Origin: Octopus vulgaris
Taxonomy: Eukaryota
Reading direction: 5' to 3'
Assembly: GCA_951406725.2 (NCBI GenBank)
Contig: OX597828.1
Coordinates: forward strand, 45,260,001 to 45,324,000
DNA: 64,000 bases
This document shows positions 41,235 to 54,918 of the stretch, one piece after another. Both the position numbers and the translations under genes were made by a program. Below the pieces are notes generated by a model. The model saw only the letters and a program-made list of their open reading frames with translations, made no database searches and was not told where the DNA came from. How positions within the stretch are numbered: position 1 is the stretch's first letter; every line of letters begins with the position of its first letter.

Positions 41235-41615
41235 AAATAGAAGCCTTTGAAATGTGGATGTTACGTAGATCAGACAGGATAAGCTAGAAGGATATGGTAG
41301 CAAAAGCTGCAGTACTAGAAAAGCTGAAAATCTAAGACACATATTGTTGAGAATCAAGTATCATCCACAAAAGTATCATATTTTGGACATACAGTGCACC
41401 ACAAGTTACCACCCAAGACCACCCTGGCAGAAGTGGTGAGTGGAAGAGAACAAGAGGATATCAAAGATGTTTGTAGATTGACGTGGCTTTAAAGAATGGA
41501 CCGAAAACAAGAACCTTGGTAATTGTATGCATGCCGCACAAAGGGAAAACTGGAGGGTTTTGAAAAGACAAGTCATGGATGCTGGGAGAAGACATGGCAG
41601 ATGGCTAGCTGATGA
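41235..41615 (+). mobile_element. Highly degenerate RTE-clade LINE remnant
   Basis: atagaagcctttgaaatgtggatgttacgtaga = IEAFEMWMLRR; later tattttggacat (YFGH); frame broken. Confidence 0.65.
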
Positions 41616-42314
41616 ACATATCTAGGAAAATAATATTGATTTCAAATGTTTGGCACAAGGCCAGAAAGAGTGGAGGAGGGGATAACTCACTTACATTGAC
41701 CCCAATGCTTAACTAGTACTTATCTTATTGACCCCAAAGTATGAAAGGCAAAATTGTCGTTGACAGAATTTGAACTCAAAATGTGAAGACTGATTAAAAG
41801 CCTCTAAGTGTTTTGTCCAGCGTGCTAACACCACTTTTATCTAGGATAATAAGGCTAAACATGTCATTCACTCTCTCACTTTCTCACATATATATATGTG
41901 TGTATGTGCATGTGTGTATGTGTGTGGGAGTGTGTGAGTATAACCCAGGTAACAGTGTAGGTGTAACGACTTTATTATTGATCTAATCAATCAATGACAA
42001 TCCACCAACGCTCATAACATTTATGTAAACAAAGCTGTGCTAGTCATAATTTTGTTTACTTCTTCAATAAATAGATCTTCTTTCCTTATCTTCACCAGCT
42101 ACCTGAAAGACAAAGATAAGCAATTTCAATCTCTGATGAGTTATAAAACAGAAGAAACCCGCTGAAGTGTGTCTCTAAATTCCAAGCTGTCAAACACGAA
42201 ATATTGGTTTGTCCAGAAAGTTTGTGCCGGTTTATAATAGCTTACCTTTCAACTTATTTTAGAACATGGTTGAGTCCATAAAATAGGGGTCCATTTAGAG
42301 TACATTTAAGTAAC

Positions 42315-42497
42315 GGGGACAACCGATGCTGGTGTGTTTATGTCCCCGTTACTTAACGGTGCGGCAAAAGAGACCAATAGAATAAGTACTGGGCTTACAA
42401 AAGAATAAGTCGTGGGGTCGAGTTGCTTGATTAAAAAGGCGGTGCTCCAGCATGGCCGCAGTCAAATGACTGAATCAAGTAAAAGAGTAAAAGAGTA
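42315..42497 (+). mobile_element. SINE family A, 3' half
   Basis: gacaaccgatgctggtgtg...caagtaaaagagtaaaagag. Confidence 0.85.
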
Positions 42498-42819
42498 TCT
42501 ATAAGTCTGGGACATATTTCAGCTGTTTGGTATTGTACTAATAGTAAGTTATGAAACCTCACAAGACATTATTTGGACTGCAGCTGTAGCGAAGGGTAAT
42601 GGTTCAAAGTATCATGTAGTGGGATAAATATTAGTAAAGTGAATTTCTTAATGACACAGATATATATGTGGCTATTAATCATAAAAAAAACCCCAATTCT
42701 CTATTCATAAACTACACTCCTTTGCTCTTCTTGTTATTAATCTAGTATACAGTATATCAATATCAATATATATATATATATATATAGATAGATATATATA
42801 TATGCACGCACACACAGAA

Positions 42820-42859
<40 letters not shown>

Positions 42860-42860
<1 letters not shown>

Positions 42861-43075
42861 AACATAAAGTTAATCCAAACATCAAAACACAAAGAGAAAA
42901 CACAACGCGAGGACGTGGAACAAATATAGTATTATTGGACGCTCAGGAAGGAAGGGAAGAAGGAGGATTTAACGTTTCGAGCAGAGCTCTTCATCGGAAA
43001 CTTAGGAAAAGGAAAGATCCAAAGAAGGGAAGACAGAGGAAAAAAAATTGCCAACGGTACACACGCGGTCACATA
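42860..43075 (-). mobile_element. PLE-LTR-like fragment with minimal hammerhead motif
   Basis: Minus strand 42997-42971 reads CCGATGA-agagctctgctc-GAAACGTT; homologous to 6915-7145; (TA)n on both sides. Confidence 0.7.
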
Positions 43076-43097
43076 CATACATATATATATCTATGCA

Positions 43098-43129
<32 letters not shown>

Positions 43130-43130
43130 C

Positions 43131-43229
<99 letters not shown>

Positions 43230-44609
43230 TAGATAGATAGATAGATAGACAGATAGATAGATAGATAGATAAATTGATAGATATACACATACATATATGC
43301 ATGTATGTATGTATATATGAATATATCACATATATGTTATGTTTTGGTATCTACACATGTGTGTGCTTGTGTGCATGTGTATGTGTGTCTGATCCATGCA
43401 AGCATGGAAGAATACATATTAAAATGATTATGATTTTTTATACACACACACACACATATACACACACACAACACACACTCACACACACAGACATAAATTG
43501 ATTTGTACTGTTATATATGTATATATATATATGTGTGTGTGTGTGTAGATGTATGCGTATATTAATATACATATGCATATGTGTGTGCATGTATGTATGT
43601 ATATATATATATATATATACTTATATGCATGTGTATATAAACCCCACCAGGCCAATACTTACACATATATGCATACACACGTGCACATACACACGGAAGC
43701 ATAGTTACAGACCTGGCTGACTGACCATATCCAGATGAGTTTTGATTTCATTACTGTTATTGTATTGTGCACCTGAGCAATGCACATAATTTTGCATCAC
43801 TGCACAAAATAGAACAATGCATCACAGTTGACTGGTTAGAAGCAGTTTAGGCATCCAATTGTGAAAAACAATTGATCCAACAGAGAAATCCGCTCACCCA
43901 TGCGCTTTTGGAGATATGGATGTAAAAGAGCAACGTGTTCCTGTGTGTGTGTTTACCTGTATTTGTATGCGTGTGCATGCTGATGTGGATGCACACACAC
44001 ACATTCATACACATATATACATATATATACATGCATGTGTAAATCCTCATCATCTAGTGTTTTAAACCAGGGTTTTGCCCCCATTAACGGGGGTAGCCAG
44101 ATATAACTCCATGCTCTAGCAACTGAGGCAGGAAGGTGCAACCTAGCCCAAACTTTGGGCTGGCTGGCTGGTGCCCATTCTCCCTTGCTATCATGAGGCT
44201 TCTTTAGAGCTGGATTTTTTATGAGGAGCATGCTCTTGATTAACCCCAAACTCAGTTTCTAGACATGAGTGGTCCCGGGACTAAGGCTTCTACCACAATT
44301 TTTAAGAAATGTGGTGGAAAACTAGCTCGGGAAGGCAGGGACACTACTTCCTGAGACCCTTTTTGGAGCCCACAAGCACATACATGTATAAATAGTAAAA
44401 CATAACATATATGTGATATATTCATATATACAAACATACATACAGATATACATGTTGTTGTTAAGCATACAATTGCACTCGGAACATCCAGTGCAGAATT
44501 CCAAACAACCACAATGTTGAAACGTATGTAGGAAAAGTAAATAAACTTGTGATTATTGTAATTTCTATTATACAACTACATATGCATGTAGTTGTATACA
44601 TTATGGAGA

Positions 44610-44830
44610 CATGTAGATTAGGGGTTAGGGTGTCAGCATCATGATTGTAAGATTGTGGTTTTGATTCCTGGACCGGGCAACACGTTGTGTTCTTGAGCAA
44701 AACACTTCATTTCACATTGCTCCAGTCCACTCATCTGGCAAAAATGAGTGATCCTGCCTCCTGTTGGGGAATCTATATGGCATGGAGACCAGGGATCTGG
44801 ACCTTATGAGTCGGTAAAACTTGAGAAGAC
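44610..44830 (+). mobile_element. SINE family E (tRNA-derived)
   Basis: ggttagggtgtc...gattcctggaccgggc...gtgttcttgagcaaaacacttcatttcacattgctccagtccactc. Confidence 0.7.
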
Positions 44831-45309
44831 ACTGTACCTCTACCTTTAGTTGCAGACATTCATGTATGCACACACAGAAGAACACACATTCACACACACA
44901 CACATTCACACATACACACACACACAGAAGAACACAGATGCACACACACACATACGTACACATACACACACACACAGAAGAACACATATACACATACACA
45001 CACATGCAGAAGAATACATATGCACACATACACACACAGAAGAACACACATGCACACACACACACACAGTGAAGAACACATATGCACACACACACACACA
45101 GTGAAGAACACATATGCACACACACACACACACATACACACACACGCACATACATACAAAAGTGCAGGCATGACTGTGTGATTTAAAAGTATACTTTCTA
45201 ACCATGTGGTTCCAGATTTGGCCCTACTGCCTGAATTGCCATGGGGGTGACCAAATCCTTGGAAGGATATTTTATAGACAGAAATTGAGAAGAAGCTCTA
45301 TGTACATGT

Positions 45310-45480
45310 AGAAAGCACCCATTACACTCTTGGAATGGTTGGCGTTAGAAAGGGCATCCAGCTGTAGAAACTATACCAAACCAGATTGGAACCTGGTGCA
45401 GCTCTCCAGCTTACCAGTTTTCTGTTAAACTGTCCAACCCATACTAGAATGGAAAACGGATGTTAAATGATGATGATGAG
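45310..45480 (+). mobile_element. Family B 3' fragment
   Basis: tggttggcgttagaaagggcatccagctgtagaaac...ggatgttaaatgatgat. Confidence 0.8.
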
Positions 45481-45809
45481 GAGGAGGAGGATGAGGATGA
45501 TGATGATACACATGTGACTTTGGTCATGCGGATTCAGTTGTTTGATCAAATGAATTACCATTTCCAAGAATTAATGTGTAAGTGACTCAGAATTCCACAT
45601 GTACCCTTAAGCAACAAGGCGATACATTTTGAATTACAGGTAATCCATGGGATAGGATTCTGTACAGTTTCCATTTACCTAATTACACTCACAAGGTATG
45701 AGGCAACCCAAGGTTATAAAAAAATAACATTTGCTCAATGTGCCACATACTGGAATTGAACTCAGGACATCATGACTGCAAAGTAACCTTCTTAACTATT
45801 TAGCCATAT

Positions 45810-45868
45810 TGGTCCTATATACAACCCATGGTCCTATATACAACCCATGGTCCAATATACAACCCATG
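45810..45868. repeat. 19-bp tandem repeat x3
   Basis: tggtcc(t/a)atatacaaccca three times. Confidence 0.9.
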
Positions 45869-46201
45869 TTCCCCCCGCCAACCACCACGACCACCACCAC
45901 CACAACCAAATAGAAACTGAGGTATTGGTCATGGCTGGAATGCTATTGATCTGTCAGAGATGATCTGAGATTAAACAATGACATGGTGTTAAATGCAATA
46001 CGTTATCTTTATTACAAAAATTTATTTCTGTGAAGGCCATATCAATGATAGAATCACCATTGTACCTTTTGTAGCTTCCCTCATGCAAATCCACAGAGAG
46101 AGAAAATTGACCAATCAGAGCAGAGAACAAGGATTTCCGGAATGCTGGTGGTGATGGTGGGGGAGTAGAAAAATTTCTCAATTATATCCGTTTATTTATA
46201 A

Positions 46202-46266
<65 letters not shown>

Positions 46267-46277
46267 ATATCTATATC

Positions 46278-46357
<80 letters not shown>

Positions 46358-46973
46358 TATATACATATATATCTATATACACATATATATATACATATAT
46401 ATCGTTAATTAAATAATTTGTTTACTATTCATTTCTTTATTTTTCTTTCACAAACCATTAATTAGAAACTAATATAAAAACTAAAAAAGAAAACAAAAGT
46501 AAAAATAAATAAAATAAAAACAAAAATGTTGCATGGATGGGGGTAGGGGGTGGGGGTGGGGTTAGAATGGAAACAAGGCAAGATTGGAAGCCAAATTTAA
46601 CTTTGGGTTAATTATGAAACAATGAGTGTTATCTATCTATTCCATTATTGCTTTTCAGAGATATCAGCGGCGCAATCTATTGGCAAAACTTGCAACTCAA
46701 TATATGGAACAACCGATCATTGACGATGCATGAAATTTTATTTTTTTGGCTTCTGTCCTGTTGTATTTGCAATATCCAACCATTTGTCTCTTATCTCTCG
46801 TTAAATTAACTCTTTGCTTATTATCCTTATTATTACATTTCCATAATAATAATAATAAAAATAATAATAAAAATAATAATAATAACAATCATTATTATTA
46901 CTATTATTATTGTTATTATTATTATTACTATTACTAATATTATTATAATCAGCATCATTATTATTTTATTATT

Positions 46974-47690
46974 AGGGTGGCGAGCTGGCAGAATCGTTAG
47001 CAAACCAGGCGAAATGCTTAGCAGTAATTCGTCTGCCGCTACGTCCTGAGTTCAAATTCCATGGAAGTCAACTTTGCCTTTCGTCCTTTCAGGGTCAATT
47101 GAATAAGCACCAGTTATGCACTGGTGTCGATGTAATCGACTTAATCCCTTCCCCCAAATTTGAGGCCTTGTACTTCAAGTAGAAAAAATTATTATTATTA
47201 CTATTATTTTTATTATTATTATAATCACCATCATTATTATTATCATTATCAAGGTGGCCAGCTGGCAGAATCAATAAAATACCAGACAAAATACTTTGCA
47301 GTACTTCGCCTGTCTTTACCTTCTGAGTTCAAATTTTACCAAAGATGACTTTACCTCTCAGCCATTTGTGATCAATGAAATTAGTACCATTCACATACTG
47401 CGGTCGATGTAAACAGCTTACCCAGCTTCCCTAAATTTCAAACTTTAGAAACCATTTTTAGTATTATTAATAATTCTTTCTAAGTTTTAGATCCAAACCA
47501 GTAATTTTGAAGGGAGGGGTAAGACAATGAAATCAATTCCAGTGCTCAATTGATACTTATTTTATCAATCCCAAAAAAATGGAAAGCAACATTTACCTTG
47601 GTAGGATTTGAACTCAGAATTACATCTCAAAGGAGTGCTACTATATATATTGACAGGTACTATAATGATTCTGCCAGCTTGCTACCTTAA
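46974..47690. mobile_element. Cluster of three family C SINEs (46974-47185 +, 47252-47450 +, 47480-47690 -)
   Basis: ggtggcgagctggcagaatc...ctgagttcaaatt motif twice forward, once reversed. Confidence 0.8.
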
Positions 47691-47757
47691 TTGGTATGAT
47701 AATTAATGGCATATCACAGATATGGTATAATTGCAAGTATTGGAAACAGATTCACAA

Positions 47758-47935
47758 TAGGTGCAGGCATGGCTGTGTGGTAAGAAGCTTGCTTCCTAAC
47801 CACGTGGTTCCAGGTTCAATCCCATTGTGTTACACCTTGGGCAAGTGTCTTCTGCTATAGCCTCACTTTGGTTCCACCAAAGCCTTGTGAATGGATTTAG
47901 TAAAAGGAAAGTGAAAGAAGCCCATCTTTTATATA
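47758..47935 (+). mobile_element. SINE family A, 5' half
   Basis: aggtgcaggcatggctgtgtggtaagaagc...gaaagaagcccatc. Confidence 0.82.
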
Positions 47936-48149
47936 TATATATTGGCAAAAATAGTAAGATAACAAAAGAAAGAAAGAGACCTCAATATTATGTAAATAGA
48001 GGAAATTTATCTGTAAATTAAGATGGCCCGATAATCGAAGAGATGGTGTTGTGGATTTTCACTTTGGCATCTGAAACTCAAAGTTTTATCTTGGCTATTG
48101 AATAATAGTAACATATTAATTTACATATATATATATATATATATATATA

Positions 48150-48348
48150 CAGGTTGCCCCAAAAGTAGGTTTACAGTTATCATATGGGCACTTCAAATTT
48201 CTCTCTTACAAACTGAAAAGAGAGCTTGGCAAAATTAACTAAATCAGCATAGAATAATGTTTTCATATATTTTTATTATTAAAATCTAAACTGTTAATAT
48301 ATGAATGTGAAAGAAATAGTTAAATAACTGTAAACCTACTTTTGGGCC

Positions 48349-48354
<6 letters not shown>
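48150..48354. mobile_element. Tc1/mariner-type MITE, ~205 bp
   Basis: ~31-bp TIRs caggttgccccaaaagtaggtttacagttat / ataactgtaaacctacttttgggccacccta; inserted in (TA)n. Confidence 0.85.
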
Positions 48355-48390
<36 letters not shown>

Positions 48391-49221
48391 GGGCTTCTTT
48401 CAGTTTCCATTTACCAAATCCATTCACACACTGGAGGGGAGGGATGAAGTTATCTTCAAACCGGGGACTTGGCCTGAAAACTTGCAACAGGGTTGACTCT
48501 GCTGAACTCACCCGTGTACCAGGTGCTGGTATTAAATTGAGTGACTTATTATATCTGCCATCTGAATAAACCTTGGCAAGATTTGAACTCAGAACAGCAA
48601 AAGCAAAGCTGTTTGATGCTCTCTTACAGTTCTCTCAATTCATTTGTCTGGATTAGTGATCTGTTGTTAAAACCAAAAGAAAGAAAAAAAAAATGGCAAA
48701 GTTGACCTTGCTGGGATATGAACTCATGATACTAGGTGTCAGAACAAACAACAGAGATCTATCCAATGCACTGACAATTAAACAACAACAACAACAGTTA
48801 GACCAAGTGTTCAGTGATTCTGTCATTCCCTTATTCCATCATTCAATCATTCAGTCAAGTGATATATTTTCGTTGTCTCCCTTGCCAAATCTCGCTTCCT
48901 GCAGCCTAACTATTATTAAATATCTATGACTACTTGAACCCATGCCAGCTTAACTTAAACGACACAGATACGAAAATACAAAAGCCAAAATCAGAACAAA
49001 ATATAAATACAAGAACAAAAACATACAAACAAGCGAATCTAGCTAATGGCAAACTCTATAATGCATATTTAGTGCATCGAGTCAATGCATAACACCAAAT
49101 ATGTTACAGTTACGACAACTTTATAAATAGATTTCATTTATCAGCGGTGAAAGTAAAAATAAAATTCCTATACACACATACATACATACATACATACATA
49201 CATACATACATACATACACAC

Positions 49222-49252
<31 letters not shown>

Positions 49253-49380
49253 CATACATACATACATACATACGTACATACATATATAATATATGTAATA
49301 TATATATATATATATGTATATATGCATGCACATACACACATATGAATCTATAATATATACATATATGTATGTATATAAAC

Positions 49381-49412
<32 letters not shown>

Positions 49413-49502
49413 TTATATATATACATACACATATACGTATATATATATATATTATATATATATATATATATACATATGCATATACATATATACATATATA
49501 TA

Positions 49503-49556
<54 letters not shown>

Positions 49557-49608
49557 TATACATATACATACATGCATACATACATACATACATACATACA
49601 TACATACA

Positions 49609-49655
<47 letters not shown>

Positions 49656-50126
49656 TTAATGAAACAACATTTGTACAATAAACAACTTTACACTGATTTC
49701 TCTGCATCTAGGTTTTCTTTGTCATTTTTTTTTTCCTTTGTCTATCTTTCCTCTTCTTTTCTTTTTGTTTACTTTTGGTATTTTTTGTTTCACCCCCACC
49801 ACCACCACCACCACTACTACCACCACCACATACACACACCTGAACCCACCACTTCTCTCTCTCTGGTCATTTTGTTGGTTAGCTCCCAACAAACTGGACA
49901 ATAAGCAAGTGTTGGTCAGTCATCTATGCAATGGACAATTCACTGTAAAGGAATGAAGCTCTGTGGAGGTGGGTGTGGGCACATTTTTGTTTTGTTTCGT
50001 TTTTATTTTGTTTTGGTTTGTATTTTTTTTTTTTCTTTTGTGTTATTTTCATGTCTGGAGGGATGTAATGGTGGGCTGTTGGGGACTGGTTTTGTAAAGA
50101 GTCTCATAGAGAAGGGAATGTTATAC

Positions 50127-50127
<1 letters not shown>

Positions 50128-50159
<32 letters not shown>

Positions 50160-50678
50160 TGTATGTATGTATGCATGTATGTATGTATGTATGTATGTAT
50201 GTATGTATGCATATATGTATGTACGTATGTATGTATGTATGTATGTATGTATGTATGTATGTATGTATGTATGTATGTATGTATGTATGCATGCATGTAT
50301 GTATGTATGTATGCATGCATGCATGTATGTATGTATGTATGTATGTATGTATGTATGTATGTATGTATGTATGTATGTATGCATGCGTGTATGTATGTAT
50401 GTATGTATGTATGTATGTATGTATGTATGTATGTATGCATGCATGCATGTGTGTATGTATGTATGTATGTATGTATGTATGTATGTATGTATGTATGTAT
50501 GTATGTATGTATGTATGTATGTATGTATGTATGTATGCATGCATGTATGTATGCATGCATGTATGTATGTATGTATGTATGTATGTATGCATGTATGTAT
50601 GCATGTATGTATGTATGTATGTATGTATGTATGTATGTATGCATGTATGTATATATGTATCTATGTATGTATGTATGT
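50128..50678. repeat. (TATG)/(CATG) microsatellite, ~550 bp
   Basis: Direct inspection; the complementary (CATA)n lies at 49175-49640. Confidence 0.97.
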
Positions 50679-50805
50679 GTCAATATGAACTTAAATATTC
50701 ATACATATGTGTACACACACACACACTTATACACAAGCATATATACATCTATATTCATACAAATCTTCCCTCTCCCTCTATCTATTTATCACTTTATGTA
50801 AAAAG

Positions 50806-50914
<109 letters not shown>

Positions 50915-51140
50915 CAGAGAATGGGACGAGAAACAGATCACTCACTAGATAAATAAATATTATATTATATAATACAGATGTAATGCATAAATATATATTA
51001 CATAACTTATATATAGTATATATATTTATGGTATATATATGTATGTATGTCTATCTATCTGTCTATCTATCTATCTATCTATCTATCTAAATATATATAT
51101 ATATATACATATACATACATGCACACATACATGTGTGCAT

Positions 51141-51749
51141 ACATGGTCTGATCAATAAGTATCCGGACTATTGCCATATTAACGAAGCTAAAGCAGGCAG
51201 AGTAAAGCTGCTTGGCACAGGTTGACCTTGAACTCTGCTGTGCATGTGCACTAAGTCTTAACATTCTAGCTCACTTCTGCTGTTTAGTGCAGTGCTTGGA
51301 AGGAAGGTGTGTAGTGTGTGATTGTTGCATTGACCATGACAGAGGAAGTTGAGCAGAGAATCTGCACCAAATTTTGTCAAAAGCTTGATGATACCTCCTC
51401 AGTGGCCTGCACAAAGTTTTCAAAAGGTTTTCATCTTTCTTGACAGAATCAATGAGATCTTGTGCAACTGAAACCCGAGTATCTTTTTGGTCAGCTGAAA
51501 GCAGTTTTGGCACAAACTTAGCAGATGCATGTCTCATATCAAAATCTTCAGTGATAATGGACTGAACTGAACCGTAACTAATCAGGAGTGGCTGTGTGGT
51601 AAGTAGCTTGTCTACCAACCACATGGTTCCTGGTTCAGTCCCACTGCGTGGCACCTTGGGCAAGTGTCTTCTACTATAGCCTCGGGCCGACCAAAGCCTT
51701 GTTAGTGGATTTGGTAGACGGAAACTGAAAGAAGCCCGTCGTATATATG

Positions 51750-51784
<35 letters not shown>

Positions 51785-52446
51785 CTGTGTTTGTCCCCTA
51801 GCATTGCTTGACAACCGATGCTGCTGCGTTTACGTCCCCGTCACTTAGCGGTTCGGCAAAAGAGACCGATAGAATAAGTACTGGGCTTACAAAAGAATAA
51901 GTCGTGGTGTCGAGTTGCTCGATTAAAAGGCAGTGCTCCAGCATGGCAGCAGTCAAATGACTGAAACAAGTAAAAGAGTAAAAGAGAAAAGAGAGTAATC
52001 TGTACATCCTCTGATATCTCATGGTTGGTGTCTCAAGAATTTCTCCTCACAGCTGCATGCACATCTCTAATGTTTTTCTCAGTTCTACTGGTCGCAGGTC
52101 TCCCAGAATGTTCATCAATATCGACATTTTTGCAGCCGTCTTTAAAACATCTGAACCAATCATATTCTTGTGTGTGACTCATGCACTTTCTGCAACTTTG
52201 CATCAGATGCTGAGCAGGTATCGCCATGACAACTTTCTCGGTGATAGTCAATGCGACAATCATACGCTACACATGTTCCTTCCAAGCACTGCTGTAAACA
52301 ATAGAAGTGAGGTAGCCTGTTAAAGCTTAGGGCACATGCACGGTCAATCATTGTTCAAGGTCAATCATTGCCCAGAAACTTCACTCTGCATGCTTTAGCT
52401 TTGTTACTATGGCAACAGTCTAGGTACTTATTGATCAGAACTCATA
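51141..52446 (-). mobile_element. Rearranged mariner element with two 5' ends, interrupted by a SINE
   Basis: TIRs tctgatcaataagtatccggactattgccata / tatggcaacagtctaggtacttattgatcaga. Minus-strand transposase remnants WFRCFKDG...DEHSGRPATS and SAKFVPKLLS. A plus-strand N-terminal copy MTEEVEQRICTKFCQKL starts at 51335. Confidence 0.88.
51584..51995 (+). mobile_element. SINE family A inserted into the mariner ORF, with TAATC target duplication
   Basis: taatc flanks both ends (51579-51583, 51996-52000); removing the insert restores DVQISYGSVQ on the minus strand. Confidence 0.92.
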
Positions 52447-53299
52447 CATACATATATGCATACATACATGCATCATACATACATACATGCATACATGCAT
52501 GCATACATATATACATACATGTATACATATATACATATATATATATATATGTAAAATATTAGAAAAAAACCACCTTTTATCAATTCAAAATGAATAATTA
52601 AATTACACCATCTAGAAAATTACATATAATAGAAAAGTTAAAATTAAAATAACAATTCAAAAATAAAGATTAAGTAAATTACAAGAATAATATAATGTAT
52701 ATAATAGGTAGAATATATTATATTGTGTGGAATTTGATTTAGTATTTCTAAATTGAATTCTTTTTCCTTCTAAGTTTGGATTTTATTCCCTCAAATAATA
52801 GTTATATATATATATAATTATATATATAAATAAATAAATATATGTGTATATATATATACACACATAGATGCATACATACATATATGTGAGTATGTGTGTG
52901 AGTGAGTGTGTGTGTCTCTGTGTGTGTGTAATAACAACATAGCCAAATACCAGGATATAGAATGCCATGACGACATTAATTTTTGATTTATTAACGTAAT
53001 CTCTGTCTCTAGAGGATATATCATTACTCCTAAATGGAAATTAAGACCAACTCCAGATGGGAAATGGAGATAATCATAAAAATCAAGGTTACCCCATATC
53101 TGACATGCTATTTAGAAAAATTACAGGCTTATTATCTGAGGATAAGGGAAGAGTTGTGGGTATATGTTTCTGCCTCCATAAGTGTCATCAGGATGACAGT
53201 TGTCTTACTTTATCTCCAGCGGCTGAGGGACATAAACTTATACAAAAATAGTACAATGCATTTTTGGGTTAGGTATACAATATATATGTGTGTGTCTTC

Positions 53300-53389
53300 A
53301 ACTATGACCTTGGGCTGACCAAAACCTTATGAGAGGATTTGGAAGACGGAAACGGAAAGAAGCCCATCATGTATATGTGTATGTGTATG

Positions 53390-53452
<63 letters not shown>

Positions 53453-54152
53453 TCATCATCGTTTAACGTCCGTTCTCCATGCTAGCATGGGTTGGACGGT
53501 TCGACCGGGGATCTGGGAAGCCAGAAGGCTGCACCAGGCTCCGGTCTTATCTGGCAATGTTTCTACTGCTGGATGCCCTTCCTAACGCCAACCACTCCGT
53601 GAGTGTAGTGGGTGCATTTTATGTGCCACCTGCCCTGGTGCCAGGTGAGGCTGGCATTGGCCATGGTCGGATTGGTGCATTTTATGTGCCACCTGCACGG
53701 AAGCCAGTCAAGGCGGCACTGGCTTCGGCCGCGATTCGGATGGTGCTTTTAATGTGCCACCGACACGGAAGCCAGTCGAGGCGGCGCTGGCATTGGCCAC
53801 GATTCGGATAGTGCTTTTTACGTATCTCCAGTCCAGGGGTCCTGGCATCTGCCGGGTGCCAGTCATAGGATTGGTTCAATTTCGATTCCGATTTCACTTG
53901 CCCCATTTCACTTCCGATTTCACTTGCATGTATGTATATGTGTCATGTCCGTGTTTGTCTCCCACTACAGCTGACGACTGGTGTTGGTGTGTTTATGTCC
54001 CCATAACTTAGCGCTTCAGGAAAAGAGATCGATAGAGTAAGTACCAGGCTTTAAAGAAAAAAGTGGGGAATAAGTACTGGGGTGGATACATTTGACTAAA
54101 ATCTTAATGAGGTCCCCAGCATGTCAGTAGTCAAGTGACTGAAACAAGTAAG
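53300..54152 (+). mobile_element. Older SINE family A copy split by a family B insertion (53451-53900, minus)
   Basis: 5' part ends gaaagaagcccatc(ta)n at ~53370; 3' part resumes gtgtttgtctcccc at ~53950. Confidence 0.8.
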
Positions 54153-54417
54153 TAGACTACAAAAAAATATTATAAAAATAGAAAGTTTGTAACATGGTTC
54201 CAGGTGGGTTGATATCTAGAGGGCCAAGACAAATATTATGAAAAGATCTGGACGCAAAATCACAACTAAGATATTTCCATTGAAATACCAGGCCAATGTT
54301 TCAATTAATTTTTAAAATATTAATGATTTCATCCAAACAACTTCCTCATTATCAAGTAGGGTTTTGAAATATAAATCAACATGAGATTTTTGAAAGTAGG
54401 TTGCATCTCCAGCCACT

Positions 54418-54636
54418 TTAACCCTTTATCATTCAGATTATGTTATCAAATGTAATGCTTATTTATTCGCATTGTTTTGACATAGTCGTGCATTATCTCG
54501 AAACTTTGTGATTTCAATGATGTGATTGTTTATTCTTAGAATGACATTGTAGGGTAGGTGTGAGAACCTGGATAAGGGCAGTTTAAACATAAAGTAATTG
54601 AGCTGGATATAACTGGTTTAAATTCTGAACGGTTAA
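54418..54636. mobile_element. Possible degenerate piggyBac-type MITE
   Basis: TTAA-ccctttatcatt ... aattctgaacgg-TTAA; the TIR match is imperfect. Confidence 0.4.
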
Positions 54637-54878
54637 AACAGGTAAATTATATTTTAGAGCCATAGGTAAACTCAGAAAATGGTGCTGGTATTAAATGGGT
54701 TAAGAGACAATGAAGAAAGATTCAGAAAATGGGACAAAAGTATCAAATTGGAACAACCGACAGATTACAGATTTAATCTACAAGTCACAAGATCAGAAAT
54801 GTTTTAGGGATTGTGTGTAGCCAATTCTATCGACTCTTTCTATCTAGAAGGCTACTTATTCTGTCACCAGCCAAAGAG

Positions 54879-54918
<40 letters not shown>

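Noticed and set aside
42125-42210. CTGATGA...GAAA...GTC as a hammerhead
   Set aside because: Stems I and II cannot be paired convincingly.
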